A DNA stretch of 64,000 nucleotides from Candidatus Omnitrophota bacterium (GCA_016930485.1 JAFGGP010000050.1:15370-79369); one strand, 5' to 3'. Numbered from the stretch's first letter, positions 9,629-19,063 are shown. Notes: generated by a model not told the origin, from the sequence alone. Program-made: numbers and translations.

Positions 9629-10648
9629 GTGCAGACATTTGATTTTGGTCTTTCGTGGAACGGCAATATAGAGGAATGCTTTATTTCCTGCCTCAAGGAC
9701 GCCTGCAAAAAAAGACATTTTTCGTTTGTCTGGATCTCGGATGATAATATCAAACATATTATTAAAGGCCTTGAGAACGGACAGACGCACATAAGGGTGC
9801 TCCTTGACACAGAGGCAACATATAATAAAGCGAACGATCTCTATGCCCGCCTCTGTTACGCCGTGAAGGATGCGGGGGGTTCTGTCATTAACGATCCCGA
9901 TCGGACCAAGAGCTCGATCGATAAGTCTATCATGCATTATGAACTGGTCGATGCCGGGATCAATACCCCTTATTCGGTGGTTGTGCGCAATTGGGAACCG
10001 GATTCGTTTAAATTAACAGAAGAAGAAAGACAAAAACTGGGCACCCCCTTTATCATCAAACCGGCTTTGGGATACGGACAGCTTGGAGTAGTCAGGGATG
10101 CCCGTGGTTCAATTAAAGAGATTGCGGGTGCCCGTAGTTTTGACCGGGGCGACAACTTTCTTCTTCAGGAAAAGATTGTACCGCTTACGCTCAGGGGCAA
10201 ACGGGCATGGTTTCGCGTATTTAATGTGTTTGATACAATTATCCCGTGCTGGTGGGACGATCAGCAAAATCTGTACGAGCACGTTTTTTATGAGGAGTTT
10301 AACCGCTATCGCCTCTATCCGCTGGCAAAGATCGTTTCTCGGATCGCAGACCTGACCCGGATGGTGTGGTTTTCGACCGAGATTGCGATAGACAAAAAAT
10401 ACGGTAAGGTGCGATTTGTCGCTGTTGACTACGTAAACGACCAGTGTGATATGAGTGCCAAGAGCGAGACCTCGAGCGGGGTGCCGGATGCGGTTGTGGA
10501 GTACCATGCGGCAAGGATCGTTGAGGCAGCCGGAGAGATGATGAGCGAACAGGGAGTCAACAAAAGGTATACCATATGGCTTAAGGATGCCAGTATTTAT
10601 CTGAGGGGACTCGGCTCATCTCCGGATTTATTGCGTCAGGTGGCATAA
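9629..10648 (+). CDS. ATP-grasp-like protein (RimK/LysX-like fold, divergent)
   Basis: 339 aa. FIIKPALGYGQLGV, FLLQEKIVP and a late STEIAID...VDYVNDQCDM segment resemble ATP-grasp nucleotide and Mg-binding segments. GTG start after GGGGGAG. Confidence 0.45.
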   Translation: MQTFDFGLSWNGNIEECFISCLKDACKKRHFSFVWISDDNIKHIIKGLENGQTHIRVLLDTEATYNKANDLYARLCYAVKDAGGSVINDPDRTKSSIDKSIMHYELVDAGINTPYSVVVRNWEPDSFKLTEEERQKLGTPFIIKPALGYGQLGVVRDARGSIKEIAGARSFDRGDNFLLQEKIVPLTLRGKRAWFRVFNVFDTIIPCWWDDQQNLYEHVFYEEFNRYRLYPLAKIVSRIADLTRMVWFSTEIAIDKKYGKVRFVAVDYVNDQCDMSAKSETSSGVPDAVVEYHAARIVEAAGEMMSEQGVNKRYTIWLKDASIYLRGLGSSPDLLRQVA

Positions 10649-10710
10649 TGAAAGGATTCGAAAAATACCCCTGTGCGCAGAGACTGCTTTTTTAGTAGAA
10701 ATAATTTACG

Positions 10711-10739
10711 TTGACAATCAGAGAAGGCACATTTACAAT
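10711..10739 (+). promoter_or_regulatory. Perfect consensus sigma70 promoter (TTGACA-17 nt-TACAAT)
   Basis: TTGACA at 10711-10716 and TACAAT at 10734-10739. About 270 nt upstream of the third LysW-like gene. Confidence 0.7.
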
Positions 10740-11008
10740 AGCATCGATTTTTAAAAAGAAGAGGTGCAAACCGAAATACTCCCAATAGGTTAAGCGCTAT
10801 ATTGGGTAGCAGGACGAGGGCGTTGCGGGCGTCTGTCCTGACGGTAATTTAGGAAACCTTTACGTTTTATTTAGTCATTCGCAGATCGGACTAGTAGAGC
10901 GCAAAGGTTTTTTTATGGATATCGCGAGGCCGACCAAGATATTCAGATGCCGCGAAGAGAGAGGGGTGGCAGGCTGATACACAGTGAATACACGAGGAGG
11001 GTTTGTTT

Positions 11009-11299
11009 ATGGCGAAGTCCAAAGAAGTGCAGTGTCCAGTGTGCAGGGGCAGTTTTGATTTGGAAGACGAGTGTGACTGGTTTGAGGGTGGAGTGGGTGA
11101 AGTTGTATATTGTCCGGAGTGCGATGTGAAACTGGAGATAGTTTCGCTCGATCCGCCGGAAGTCAAGCTGGCCCCTAGGAAAAAAGATGACGAATATTAT
11201 GAGGATGAGAGCGATGATGAAGACGAGGATGATGAGTTCAATGAAGATATTGCGGATGAAGACGATTTAGATGAAGACGACTGGGAGGAAGAGAAATAG
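11009..11299 (+). CDS. LysW-like zinc-ribbon protein with long poly-acidic tail (paralog 3)
   Basis: 96 aa with CPVC...CPEC ribbon and LEIVSLDPPEV core. About 45-residue D/E-rich tail ending DEDDWEEEK. SD GAGGAGGG lies 8 nt before the ATG at 11009. Confidence 0.65.
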   Translation: MAKSKEVQCPVCRGSFDLEDECDWFEGGVGEVVYCPECDVKLEIVSLDPPEVKLAPRKKDDEYYEDESDDEDEDDEFNEDIADEDDLDEDDWEEEK

Positions 11300-11494
11300 A
11301 CATAGAGGCCGGATGCGCTCGGCCTAACAAACAGGTAGTTATACATATTACGAGAAAGACAGTGTCAGGATATAGGTGCTGTCTTTTTCTTTTTAAGGGA
11401 GGAGAGGGAACTTTTATCCACCTTACTTTGTCTAAAATGACGAAAAACAGAGAGCGTTTTTAGCGTAACGTTATTTCAACAAAGGAGGTGGGTT

Positions 11495-11914
11495 ATGAAG
11501 AGATTTATGGTTGGCGTTCTGACATTGACCATGGTCATAGGCTTAGCGGTACCCAGTTATGCAAGTGATTGGGACAAGGCGGGTAAGGCGCTTGCCGTTA
11601 TTGAGGGTGTAAGAATTCTAACAGGCGGAAATGTAGACCTTATCGGCACCTTTACCGGCATTAACCGCCCCCGTGGATATGCGCCATCTCACCCAACGCC
11701 TGCCAGCTGCCAACCGGCGTATCACAAGCGTCCTCAAAAGGCAATATACCGGCAGGCGGAAGAACGCGAATGGGTCCCCCGCCGCGTAGTCTGGCAAAAA
11801 GAGTATATCCCCGAACACACAGAGTACAGCGAAGAATACGGCGAGGTTATCGTCGAAGGGCACTACATCCGGTATCAGGTAGAAGAGGGTGGATACTGGA
11901 TCTCCCGGCGATAA
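11495..11914 (+). CDS. Secreted hypothetical protein
   Basis: 139 aa with signal peptide (MVIGLAVPSYASD) and SD AAAGGAGGTGGG. No recognisable family. Confidence 0.5.
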   Translation: MKRFMVGVLTLTMVIGLAVPSYASDWDKAGKALAVIEGVRILTGGNVDLIGTFTGINRPRGYAPSHPTPASCQPAYHKRPQKAIYRQAEEREWVPRRVVWQKEYIPEHTEYSEEYGEVIVEGHYIRYQVEEGGYWISRR

Positions 11915-11970
11915 GCATTAAAATCCATAACTTGAACCGGAATAACCTGTTGCGATTATGTACACTTTTT

Positions 11971-12007
11971 ACCCCGTGGGATGATGTCAGATCTCACGGG
12001 GTTTTTG
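11971..12007 (+). terminator. Intrinsic terminator
   Basis: CCCCGTG (11972-11978) pairs with CACGGGG (11995-12001), followed by T5. Confidence 0.7.
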
Positions 12008-12143
12008 TATATTATTTCTTGTGCAAAAAAAACGAATACGGTACAATAACGGGCACGGCAGAAGCAAAAAAACTATTGCAACTCATCACAGGAATTATCC
12101 GACTGATAGTATGTGTGTAAAAAAAGTAACATTTTTTATAATG

Positions 12144-12179
12144 AGCAGTTCTCAAAGATAGACGAGAGCTGTTTTTTTA
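12144..12179 (+). terminator. Terminator or attenuator hairpin upstream of carB
   Basis: CAGTTCTC pairs with GAGAGCTG (one G-U), followed by T7. Preceded by TTGTGC-17-TACAAT at 12019-12047. Confidence 0.5.
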
Positions 12180-12269
12180 TGCCTTTATTTATCCGATGGA
12201 TCGTCATTTTCCCCCATAACAATTACACAGGTATTCTATTATACTTCACCGTACAAGAAAGGAGTGTGT

Positions 12270-15200
12270 ATGCCGCGGCGTAACGACATTCGCAAAATAC
12301 TTATCATCGGTTCCGGTCCCATTATTATCGGCCAGGCATGCGAGTTTGACTATTCGGGCACGCAGGCATGTAAGGCATTAAAAGAAGAGGGCTATGAAGT
12401 AGTGCTGGTCAATTCGAACCCGGCAACTATTATGACGGACCCGGGCATGGCCGATAAGACATACATCGAACCTCTTACGGTGGAAAGTGTTTCGGCTATC
12501 ATTGAAAAAGAACGACCCGACGGTATTTTACCCAATTTGGGTGGACAAACGGGATTAAATCTTTCTGCCTCGCTTCATAAGGCGGGCATCCTTGAGAAAT
12601 ATGGAGTTGAGATTATCGGTGTAAAGGCAGATGCCATCGAGCGCGGCGAAGATCGGATAGCCTTCAAGGCTACCATGAACACATTGGGAATTCCGATGCC
12701 GAAGTCAGAACCGTCGCATTCGGTGGAGGAGGCCGAAGCCATTGCCGAAAGACTGGGCTACCCCGTTGTGCTTCGTCCCGCGTACACCCTGGGAGGGACC
12801 GGCGGGGGAATGGCCTACAATATTGAGGAGTTGCGGACTATCGCAGCCCGGGGATTAGCGGCGAGCCTTGTTCATCAGGTACTTGTCGAGGAGTCTGTGT
12901 ACGGCTGGGAAGAGCTCGAACTGGAGGTGGTGCGCGACGAAAAAAATCAAAAGATCACGGTTTGTTTTATCGAAAATATCGATGCCATGGGCGTCCATAC
13001 CGGAGACAGTTTTTGCGCCGCACCCATGCTGACGGTTCCCGAACCGTTGCAAAGACGCATGCAGGAACTCTGTTATAAAATCGTCGAGGCCATCGGCGTT
13101 GTCGGCGGGACCAACATTCAGTTTGCCCACAATCTCGAGGACGACCGGCTTGTGGTAATCGAGATTAATCCACGAACCTCCAGGTCTTCGGCGCTTGCCT
13201 CCAAGGCAACGGGTTTTCCTATCGCCCGTATTTCTACGAAGCTGGCGGCCGGCCTTACAATGGATGAGATTCCGTACTGGAAAGAGGGGACGCTGGAGAA
13301 ATACAAACCAAGCGGTGACTATGTCGTCATTAAGTTTGCCCGCTGGGCGTTTGAAAAGTTCCCTCAGGCGCAGGATGTTCTCGGAACACAGATGCGGGCT
13401 GTGGGCGAGGTCATGAGTATCGCCAGGACATTTAAAGAGGCCTTTCAGAAATCCATCAGGTCTCTCGAGATTAAGCGATACGGTGTAGGCGGTGCCAAGA
13501 ATTTTAAGACACTGTCTATAGAAGAACTCAGACAGCGTCTTACTATGCCGTCGAGCGAACGGATCTTTTTAATGTACGAGGCGCTCAGGAAAGGCATGGG
13601 CGTTGAGGAGCTGTATCAGCTGACATTTATTGGACGGTGGTTTATTAATGAAATAAAAGAGCTGGTAGAATATGAGGAGGAGCTCCTGAGGTTTGCATGG
13701 AAGAAGCTGCCCGATAAGAAACTTGCCAAGGCAAAGGCATGGGGTTTTTCGGACAGATATCTAGCGGAACTTTTTAACGTTACCGAGAAAGAGGTTCGGG
13801 AAAGACGAATCGCGATTGGCGTAACGGTGCGGTACGAGGCGGTTCCGGTCAGCGGCGTTGAGGACGCGGCATACTATTATTCGACCTACGAAGACGTCAA
13901 GGATCAGGTTCCAGTTTCCGATAACAAAAAGATTATGATTTTGGGCGGCGGGCCAAACCGAATCGGTCAGGGAATCGAATTTGACTATACCTGTGTGCAT
14001 GCGGCCTTTGCGCTGCGCGACGAGGGCTATGAATCAGTGATGATTAACTGCAACCCGGAGACCGTATCGACAGACTATGACACCTCTGACAAACTTTATT
14101 TTGAACCGTTAACGGTCGAAGACGTGCTGAATATCTACAATAAAGAAAAGCCGGATGGAGTAATCGTTCAGTTCGGTGGGCAGACGCCCTTAAATATCGC
14201 GCAGGAACTGAAAGACAATGGCGTGACCATTCTCGGCACCTCACCCGAGAGCATTCACTTTGCTGAAGATAGAGAGCGCTTCAGGAAAAAGATGATCGGA
14301 TTGGGCATTCCGCAGCCGGAGAGCGATACGGCCCGTTCGCTCGATGAGGCGCTTATTATAGCGAAAAAGATAGGATACCCCCTCATGGTGCGCCCGTCTT
14401 TTGTGCTCGGTGGACGTGGCATGGAGATTGTCTATGATGAGACGATGCTCAGAAAGTACGCAAAAGAGGCGATCGACGTCAGCCCCGAACACCCGATGCT
14501 TATCGACAGGTTTCTTGAGAAGGCTATCGAGACCGAGGTGGATGCGCTCTGTGACGGCGAAGAGACGTTTGTGGCCGCGGTCATGGAACATATTGAACTT
14601 GCCGGGGTGCATTCGGGCGACTCCGCATGTTCGATTCCGTCAAGGAGCATCAAGGAAGAACATCTGAAACAGATTGAAGAGTACACCGAGAGAATAGCCA
14701 AGGAGCTAAAGGTAGTTGGATTGATCAATATTCAGTATGCCATTTGCGACAATAAGGTCTACATCCTTGAGGCAAACCCGCGCGCATCACGGACAGTACC
14801 ATTGGTTTCCAAGGTGATGGGCATTCCGGTGGCGCGGATAGCTACCCAGCTTATGTTGGGCAGAAAATTAAGCGAATTTCCGGAGATTAAGCAACGCCGG
14901 TTTCCGTTTGTTGGCGTGAAAGAGGCGGTCTTTCCATTCAATATGTTTCCTGAGGTTGACCCGGTTCTTGGGCCTGAGATGAGGGCTACTGGAGAGGTCA
15001 TGGGTATTGGCGATAGATTCGGCCTGGCGTTTTATAAGGCACAGGAATCGGCTGGGGCGAAGCTTCCTACTGGGGGGAATGTATTGATAACCGTTGCGGA
15101 TAAGGATAAGGGACAGCTTGTGCCTGTTGCCGAGCGGCTTGCGGCACTCGGGTTCGTTATTTATGCGACCGAGGGAACGAGCGCATTTTTAGGTGAGCAC

Positions 15201-15485
15201 GGAGTCAAAAACACACATATCAATAAACTGCATGAAGGCCGCCCGCACATAGTCGACGCCATCAAGAATGAGGAACTGCATCTCATCATCAATACGCCGG
15301 TGGGCAGAGCGAGCAAGTACGACGACAGTTATATACGTATGTTGGCTATACAGCGGAAAATTCCGTATGTAACCTCAATGGCAGCCGCACTGGCGACCGT
15401 TGAGGGCATAGAAGCGGTCAGAACCCAAAAGACTACCTTGAAGGCACTGCAGGAATATCATGCGACAACGAGCACGGTGAAATAG
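12270..15485 (+). CDS. carB: Carbamoyl-phosphate synthase large subunit
   Basis: About 1071 aa with duplicated ATP-grasp halves, an N-terminus MPRRNDIRKILIIGSGPIIIGQACEFDYSG and an MGS-like C-terminal domain. Confidence 0.95.
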   Translation: MPRRNDIRKILIIGSGPIIIGQACEFDYSGTQACKALKEEGYEVVLVNSNPATIMTDPGMADKTYIEPLTVESVSAIIEKERPDGILPNLGGQTGLNLSASLHKAGILEKYGVEIIGVKADAIERGEDRIAFKATMNTLGIPMPKSEPSHSVEEAEAIAERLGYPVVLRPAYTLGGTGGGMAYNIEELRTIAARGLAASLVHQVLVEESVYGWEELELEVVRDEKNQKITVCFIENIDAMGVHTGDSFCAAPMLTVPEPLQRRMQELCYKIVEAIGVVGGTNIQFAHNLEDDRLVVIEINPRTSRSSALASKATGFPIARISTKLAAGLTMDEIPYWKEGTLEKYKPSGDYVVIKFARWAFEKFPQAQDVLGTQMRAVGEVMSIARTFKEAFQKSIRSLEIKRYGVGGAKNFKTLSIEELRQRLTMPSSERIFLMYEALRKGMGVEELYQLTFIGRWFINEIKELVEYEEELLRFAWKKLPDKKLAKAKAWGFSDRYLAELFNVTEKEVRERRIAIGVTVRYEAVPVSGVEDAAYYYSTYEDVKDQVPVSDNKKIMILGGGPNRIGQGIEFDYTCVHAAFALRDEGYESVMINCNPETVSTDYDTSDKLYFEPLTVEDVLNIYNKEKPDGVIVQFGGQTPLNIAQELKDNGVTILGTSPESIHFAEDRERFRKKMIGLGIPQPESDTARSLDEALIIAKKIGYPLMVRPSFVLGGRGMEIVYDETMLRKYAKEAIDVSPEHPMLIDRFLEKAIETEVDALCDGEETFVAAVMEHIELAGVHSGDSACSIPSRSIKEEHLKQIEEYTERIAKELKVVGLINIQYAICDNKVYILEANPRASRTVPLVSKVMGIPVARIATQLMLGRKLSEFPEIKQRRFPFVGVKEAVFPFNMFPEVDPVLGPEMRATGEVMGIGDRFGLAFYKAQESAGAKLPTGGNVLITVADKDKGQLVPVAERLAALGFVIYATEGTSAFLGEHGVKNTHINKLHEGRPHIVDAIKNEELHLIINTPVGRASKYDDSYIRMLAIQRKIPYVTSMAAALATVEGIEAVRTQKTTLKALQEYHATTSTVK

Positions 15486-15709
15486 TCGATTGCCTCAGGG
15501 GAGAAACATACTACAAGCTCAACCGAAGACATGCACTGAATCGGAGGCGGGCGGGCCTCAACGGCAAAGGCCCCTTTAACAGGATTATTACTGATTTAGT
15601 GTTGCAATATACTAAAAAATAATAAGTTACGATAATGATGATTTTGTACCGGCAGATGCCCCGATCTCTGTTTATATCTTTCTATCCCGGCTGTGTATAT
15701 ACAATTACA

Positions 15710-15738
15710 TTGACAACTGGCGAAGCATAGTGTATACT
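15710..15738 (+). promoter_or_regulatory. Near-consensus sigma70 promoter (TTGACA-17 nt-TATACT)
   Basis: TTGACA at 15710-15715 and TATACT at 15733-15738, upstream of the cold-shock gene. Confidence 0.65.
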
Positions 15739-15773
15739 CATAAAAGTAGCATATAAGGAAGATGAATCTTGAG

Positions 15774-15809
15774 CCGTAAGGCAGAGAGGAATTTGCCTTA
15801 CGGTTTTTT
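15774..15809 (+). terminator. Terminator-like hairpin inside the cold-shock gene leader
   Basis: Perfect 10-bp stem CCGTAAGGCA / TGCCTTACGG followed by T6. Lies between the promoter and the ATG at 15857. Confidence 0.6.
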
Positions 15810-15856
15810 GTTTTCGCTTGTTTGCTACAATTTTGTAGAAAGGAGGAAAACGACTA

Positions 15857-16057
15857 ATGGCACGTGGAACAGTTAAGTGGTTTAGTGACCAGAAGGGTTT
15901 TGGCTTTATTGCCCCAGAATCAGGAGATGACGTATTTGTTCATCATACTGCAATTCAAGGTGACGGTTTCAAGACATTAAGTGAAGGTCAGGCAGTTGAA
16001 TTTGACATTCAGGACGGTCCGAAAGGCAAGAGCGCCGCAAACGTAGTGAAGCTATAA
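15857..16057 (+). CDS. csp: Cold-shock protein (CspA family)
   Basis: 66 aa with [15 protein letters not shown] (RNP1) and VFVHHTAI (RNP2). Confidence 0.95.
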   Translation: MARGTVKWFSDQKGFGFIAPESGDDVFVHHTAIQGDGFKTLSEGQAVEFDIQDGPKGKSAANVVKL

Positions 16058-16072
16058 CCTTCGAAAACTTAA

Positions 16073-16106
16073 AACCCCGCATCCTACAGGGTGCGGGGTT
16101 TTTTTA
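16073..16106 (+). terminator. Intrinsic terminator after csp
   Basis: 10-bp stem CCCCGCATCC / GGGTGCGGGG (one G-U pair) with a 4-nt loop and a T7 run. Confidence 0.85.
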
Positions 16107-16258
16107 TTTTAGGCATAGGCAACGCGCTAAAAACCCCCACATTACCCTAAACTCACAACGTGGGTTTAGGGCTTTGCTCCTGTTCACAAAGCATCCTTAT
16201 AAGCAAGCCAGAAGAAAGCCTCTAGTTGTTCCCTGGATTTTTTCTTAACCTTTTCAAA

Positions 16259-16287
16259 TTGACTGATGCAAAACAGAGGAGTATTAT
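16259..16287 (+). promoter_or_regulatory. Putative sigma70 promoter (TTGACT-17 nt-TATTAT)
   Basis: Hexamers at 16259-16264 and 16282-16287, upstream of the nfeD/SPFH pair. Confidence 0.45.
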
Positions 16288-16336
16288 TTAATAATAGGCA
16301 CCTTTTCCCGTAACTCTTTTACAAGGGGGCTGATAG

Positions 16337-16780
16337 ATGAGTTTTCATATCTGGTGGGTTTGGATGGCAGTTGCCGCACTCTTGGTCGTCGGCGAGGTAT
16401 TTACCGCAGGGTTTTTCCTTCTATGGTTCGGTATTGCAGCGGCCATTGCAGGCATTGCGGCTATGCTGGGTTTGAATGCAGGTTGGCAGTGGGGAATTTT
16501 TGTGATTCTCTCGGCGGCCCTTTTTGGTACATCAAGAAAATTTGCAGAAAGGTTTACCAAACAACAGCCCCCGGGTATCGGTGCCGACCGTTTTGTCGGC
16601 AGACAGGGTGTGGTCTTAGAGGAGATCGACAATATTAAGAATACCGGGCGTGTTAGGATAGACAAGGAAGAATGGCGGGCGGACAGCGCAGGCGGCGATG
16701 TTATCCCAAAAGGGACAATTATTGTGGTAACCAGGTTGGACGGCACCCATGCAGTGGTTCAAACCGTAAAGGAGGGATAA
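16337..16780 (+). CDS. NfeD family membrane protein
   Basis: 147 aa with N-terminal TM helices and a C-terminal OB-fold-like segment ([12 protein letters not shown]). Immediately upstream of an SPFH gene, the canonical pairing. Confidence 0.8.
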   Translation: MSFHIWWVWMAVAALLVVGEVFTAGFFLLWFGIAAAIAGIAAMLGLNAGWQWGIFVILSAALFGTSRKFAERFTKQQPPGIGADRFVGRQGVVLEEIDNIKNTGRVRIDKEEWRADSAGGDVIPKGTIIVVTRLDGTHAVVQTVKEG

Positions 16781-16781
16781 C

Positions 16782-17669
16782 ATGTTTGTCGGATTTGCCA
16801 TTGTTCTATTTGTTATCTTTATTTTTGCCGCGACAGGCGTCAAGATTGTCCGGCCGTGGGAAAAGGCCTTGATAGAGCGCCTCGGCAAATACCAGCGCAT
16901 GGTGGGTAGCGGTCTTACTATTATCGTTCCTTTTATGGAGCGGATGATAAAAGTAGATATGCGAGAACAGGTGGTCGACGTGCCGCCCCAGGCGGTTATC
17001 ACCAAGGATAACGTTGCGGTAGCGGTAGACGCGGTTGTATATTATGAAGTAACCGATCCGGTTAAGGTAACCTACAATGTCGCCAATTTTTATCTGGCGG
17101 CGACGAAGCTCGCCCAGACAAATCTCAGAAACCTAATCGGTGATCTGGCGCTTGATGAATCGCTGACCTCGCGCGAGGTAATCAATACCAAGCTCCGTCA
17201 GATTCTTGATGATGCTACCGATAAGTGGGGTACACGGGTGACGCGTGTCGAACTTCAAAGAATCGAACCACCGAAAGATGTCACCGAGGCCATGCACCGC
17301 CAGATGAAGGCAGAACGCGATCGCCGTGCAATGATCCTTGAGGCCGAGGGACACAAACAGTCGGCAATCCTTAAGGCAGAGGGCGAGGCAGAGGCGATTA
17401 AAAAAGTAGCCGATGCCGAAAAGTATCAGAAAATAACCATCGCTTTTGGTGAAGCCGATGCTATTAAGACGGTATACGGCGCCATTCATGAGGGGAATCC
17501 CTCTAATGACTTAATCGCCATTAAATATCTTGAGGCACTCGGGAGGATAGCTAACGGCCAGGCCTCCAAGGTGTTTTTGCCGATCGAAAGCTCCGGCATT
17601 TTAGGAAGCATTGCCGGTATCGGAGAACTCTTCAGCAAGGAAGGCCGGCCCGAGGGCAAACAGGGCTAA
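16782..17669 (+). CDS. SPFH/band 7 (stomatin/QmcA-like) protein
   Basis: 295 aa with an N-terminal TM helix, [10 protein letters not shown] and [11 protein letters not shown] motifs and a coiled-coil AEGEAEA region. Confidence 0.9.
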   Translation: MFVGFAIVLFVIFIFAATGVKIVRPWEKALIERLGKYQRMVGSGLTIIVPFMERMIKVDMREQVVDVPPQAVITKDNVAVAVDAVVYYEVTDPVKVTYNVANFYLAATKLAQTNLRNLIGDLALDESLTSREVINTKLRQILDDATDKWGTRVTRVELQRIEPPKDVTEAMHRQMKAERDRRAMILEAEGHKQSAILKAEGEAEAIKKVADAEKYQKITIAFGEADAIKTVYGAIHEGNPSNDLIAIKYLEALGRIANGQASKVFLPIESSGILGSIAGIGELFSKEGRPEGKQG

Positions 17670-17700
17670 GCAGCTTTTCTATTCCCCACCCAGAGGATTT

Positions 17701-18387
17701 ATGAAGAAAAAAATATCCATAGTATTGTATACATTTATATTGTTTGTAATCAGCGCATCTTTGATTTTGACATTGATAGTTCCAGAGACGTTTGATTATA
17801 TATATGGATATTTTCTGTTTCGGAAAATAGGGAACAATTTGACGGTTAATATCAAGAATGATTTCGATAAGGCTGCGAATGTGGCTTTTTGGGTTTTTGA
17901 TACCATTAAGGCTTTGGAGCCTTACCAGAGGAGTCGGTTTATGCCGGTCATAGATGACAACTTCCTGAATATATATAGAAGAGGATTTGGGTATTGTGAT
18001 CAAAGTGCCCACGTATATGCAACTATGATGTCCTGGCTCGGTTTCGAGACTCGGTTATTAATGTTGAAGAAAGAGGACGGTACTTCCCCTCATACGGTTG
18101 CCCTTGTTAAGGTCAACAACACATTTATGGTAGTAGATACTTACTTTGGATTTATTTTTGCTGATTCCCAAAAGAATCCGGTGGCACTTGATAAGTTGGA
18201 AGGTTCGCCCGTTTTTGATGATTATATTAATATGATTAATGTTAGACGTGCTGCTCAAGGGCGCGATAAAATAGAGTTAAAGGCATCGTGGTTCAAGAAC
18301 GGCATTTATTTTGAGACATTTCCTTATATAAAAGATATGAACGCAGGGGTTATTTATAAAAGGCTTTTGGATAAGCTACGACGTTAG
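17701..18387 (+). CDS. Transglutaminase-like (Cys-His-Asp) domain membrane protein
   Basis: GFGYCDQSAHVYATMM (Cys nucleophile), SPHTVALV and MVVDTYFG. Start trimmed to MKKKISIV at 17701. Confidence 0.55.
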   Translation: MKKKISIVLYTFILFVISASLILTLIVPETFDYIYGYFLFRKIGNNLTVNIKNDFDKAANVAFWVFDTIKALEPYQRSRFMPVIDDNFLNIYRRGFGYCDQSAHVYATMMSWLGFETRLLMLKKEDGTSPHTVALVKVNNTFMVVDTYFGFIFADSQKNPVALDKLEGSPVFDDYINMINVRRAAQGRDKIELKASWFKNGIYFETFPYIKDMNAGVIYKRLLDKLRR

Positions 18388-18506
18388 ACCCGCCTTAAGG
18401 CCCACCGACAGAAGTAAACATTGTATGATATTATATTAGTAACTTAATACAGAACAATAAGTTAGAATTATACTGGCTTTTTATTTCAAAAAAAGACGAC
18501 GGGCGG

Positions 18507-18535
18507 TTGACGGATATTTTGTTATATGCTATACT
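18507..18535 (+). promoter_or_regulatory. sigma70 promoter (TTGACG-17 nt-TATACT)
   Basis: Hexamers at 18507-18512 and 18530-18535, upstream of marR. Confidence 0.6.
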
Positions 18536-18577
18536 GTAAATAGGTTAACAGTTAGCCATTAAACAAGGAGGAAGTGG

Positions 18578-19063
18578 ATGTCGCTACCAAAGGAACTCAA
18601 GATGAAGGGCGGAATGCTGACAACCCAGCACGAGGCGCTGCTTAATATAGTACGGACAGCCACTATAATCGGCAAACTGTCCAATGCCTTCTTTGGCCGT
18701 TTTGGTATTACCGAGGCGCAATACAATGTGCTCATTGTCCTGAAACTCGCAGATAAACCGTTGACCCAGGTAGAAATTGGAGAACGACTTGTGGTGAGCC
18801 GAGCGAACATGACAGCGCTTTTGGATAAATTAGAAAAAAAGGCATATGTTATCAGGAAGAAAGTTGAAGGGGACAGGCGCATTTTTCAGATTGAGCTCAC
18901 TAAAGAGGGGAGGAAGCTGTTAGATAAGGTAGAGCCGGCCTATCTCCGGCAGGTAGAAAGCAATATGGCCTGTTTGAACCTCTCGGCATGCAAAGCGTTA
19001 AGCAGGGTATTAACGCTTCTTAGGGAAAACCTTCATATTACGGAGGAAGAAAGACATGAATAA
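18578..19063 (+). CDS. MarR family transcriptional regulator
   Basis: 161 aa with GITEAQYNVLIVL...LTQVEIGERLVVSRANMTALLDKLEKKAYV winged HTH. SD is AAGGAGGAAG. Confidence 0.9.
   Translation: MSLPKELKMKGGMLTTQHEALLNIVRTATIIGKLSNAFFGRFGITEAQYNVLIVLKLADKPLTQVEIGERLVVSRANMTALLDKLEKKAYVIRKKVEGDRRIFQIELTKEGRKLLDKVEPAYLRQVESNMACLNLSACKALSRVLTLLRENLHITEEERHE

Noticed and set aside
10740-11008. Lysine (L-box) riboswitch upstream of lysW-like 3
   Set aside because: It was attractive given the LysW similarity, but I could not identify the conserved L-box core segments by eye. It remains only an unclassified structured leader.
11770-12120. 116-aa ORF downstream of the secreted protein gene
   Set aside because: It overlaps the 3' end of 11495..11914 in another frame, reads straight through an intrinsic terminator (11971..12007) and a promoter-like site, and has no SD or family similarity.
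12144-12179. PyrR-type attenuator for carB
   Set aside because: No convincing PyrR binding loop (ARUCCAGAGAGGYU-like) is visible. Only a generic terminator hairpin is supported.
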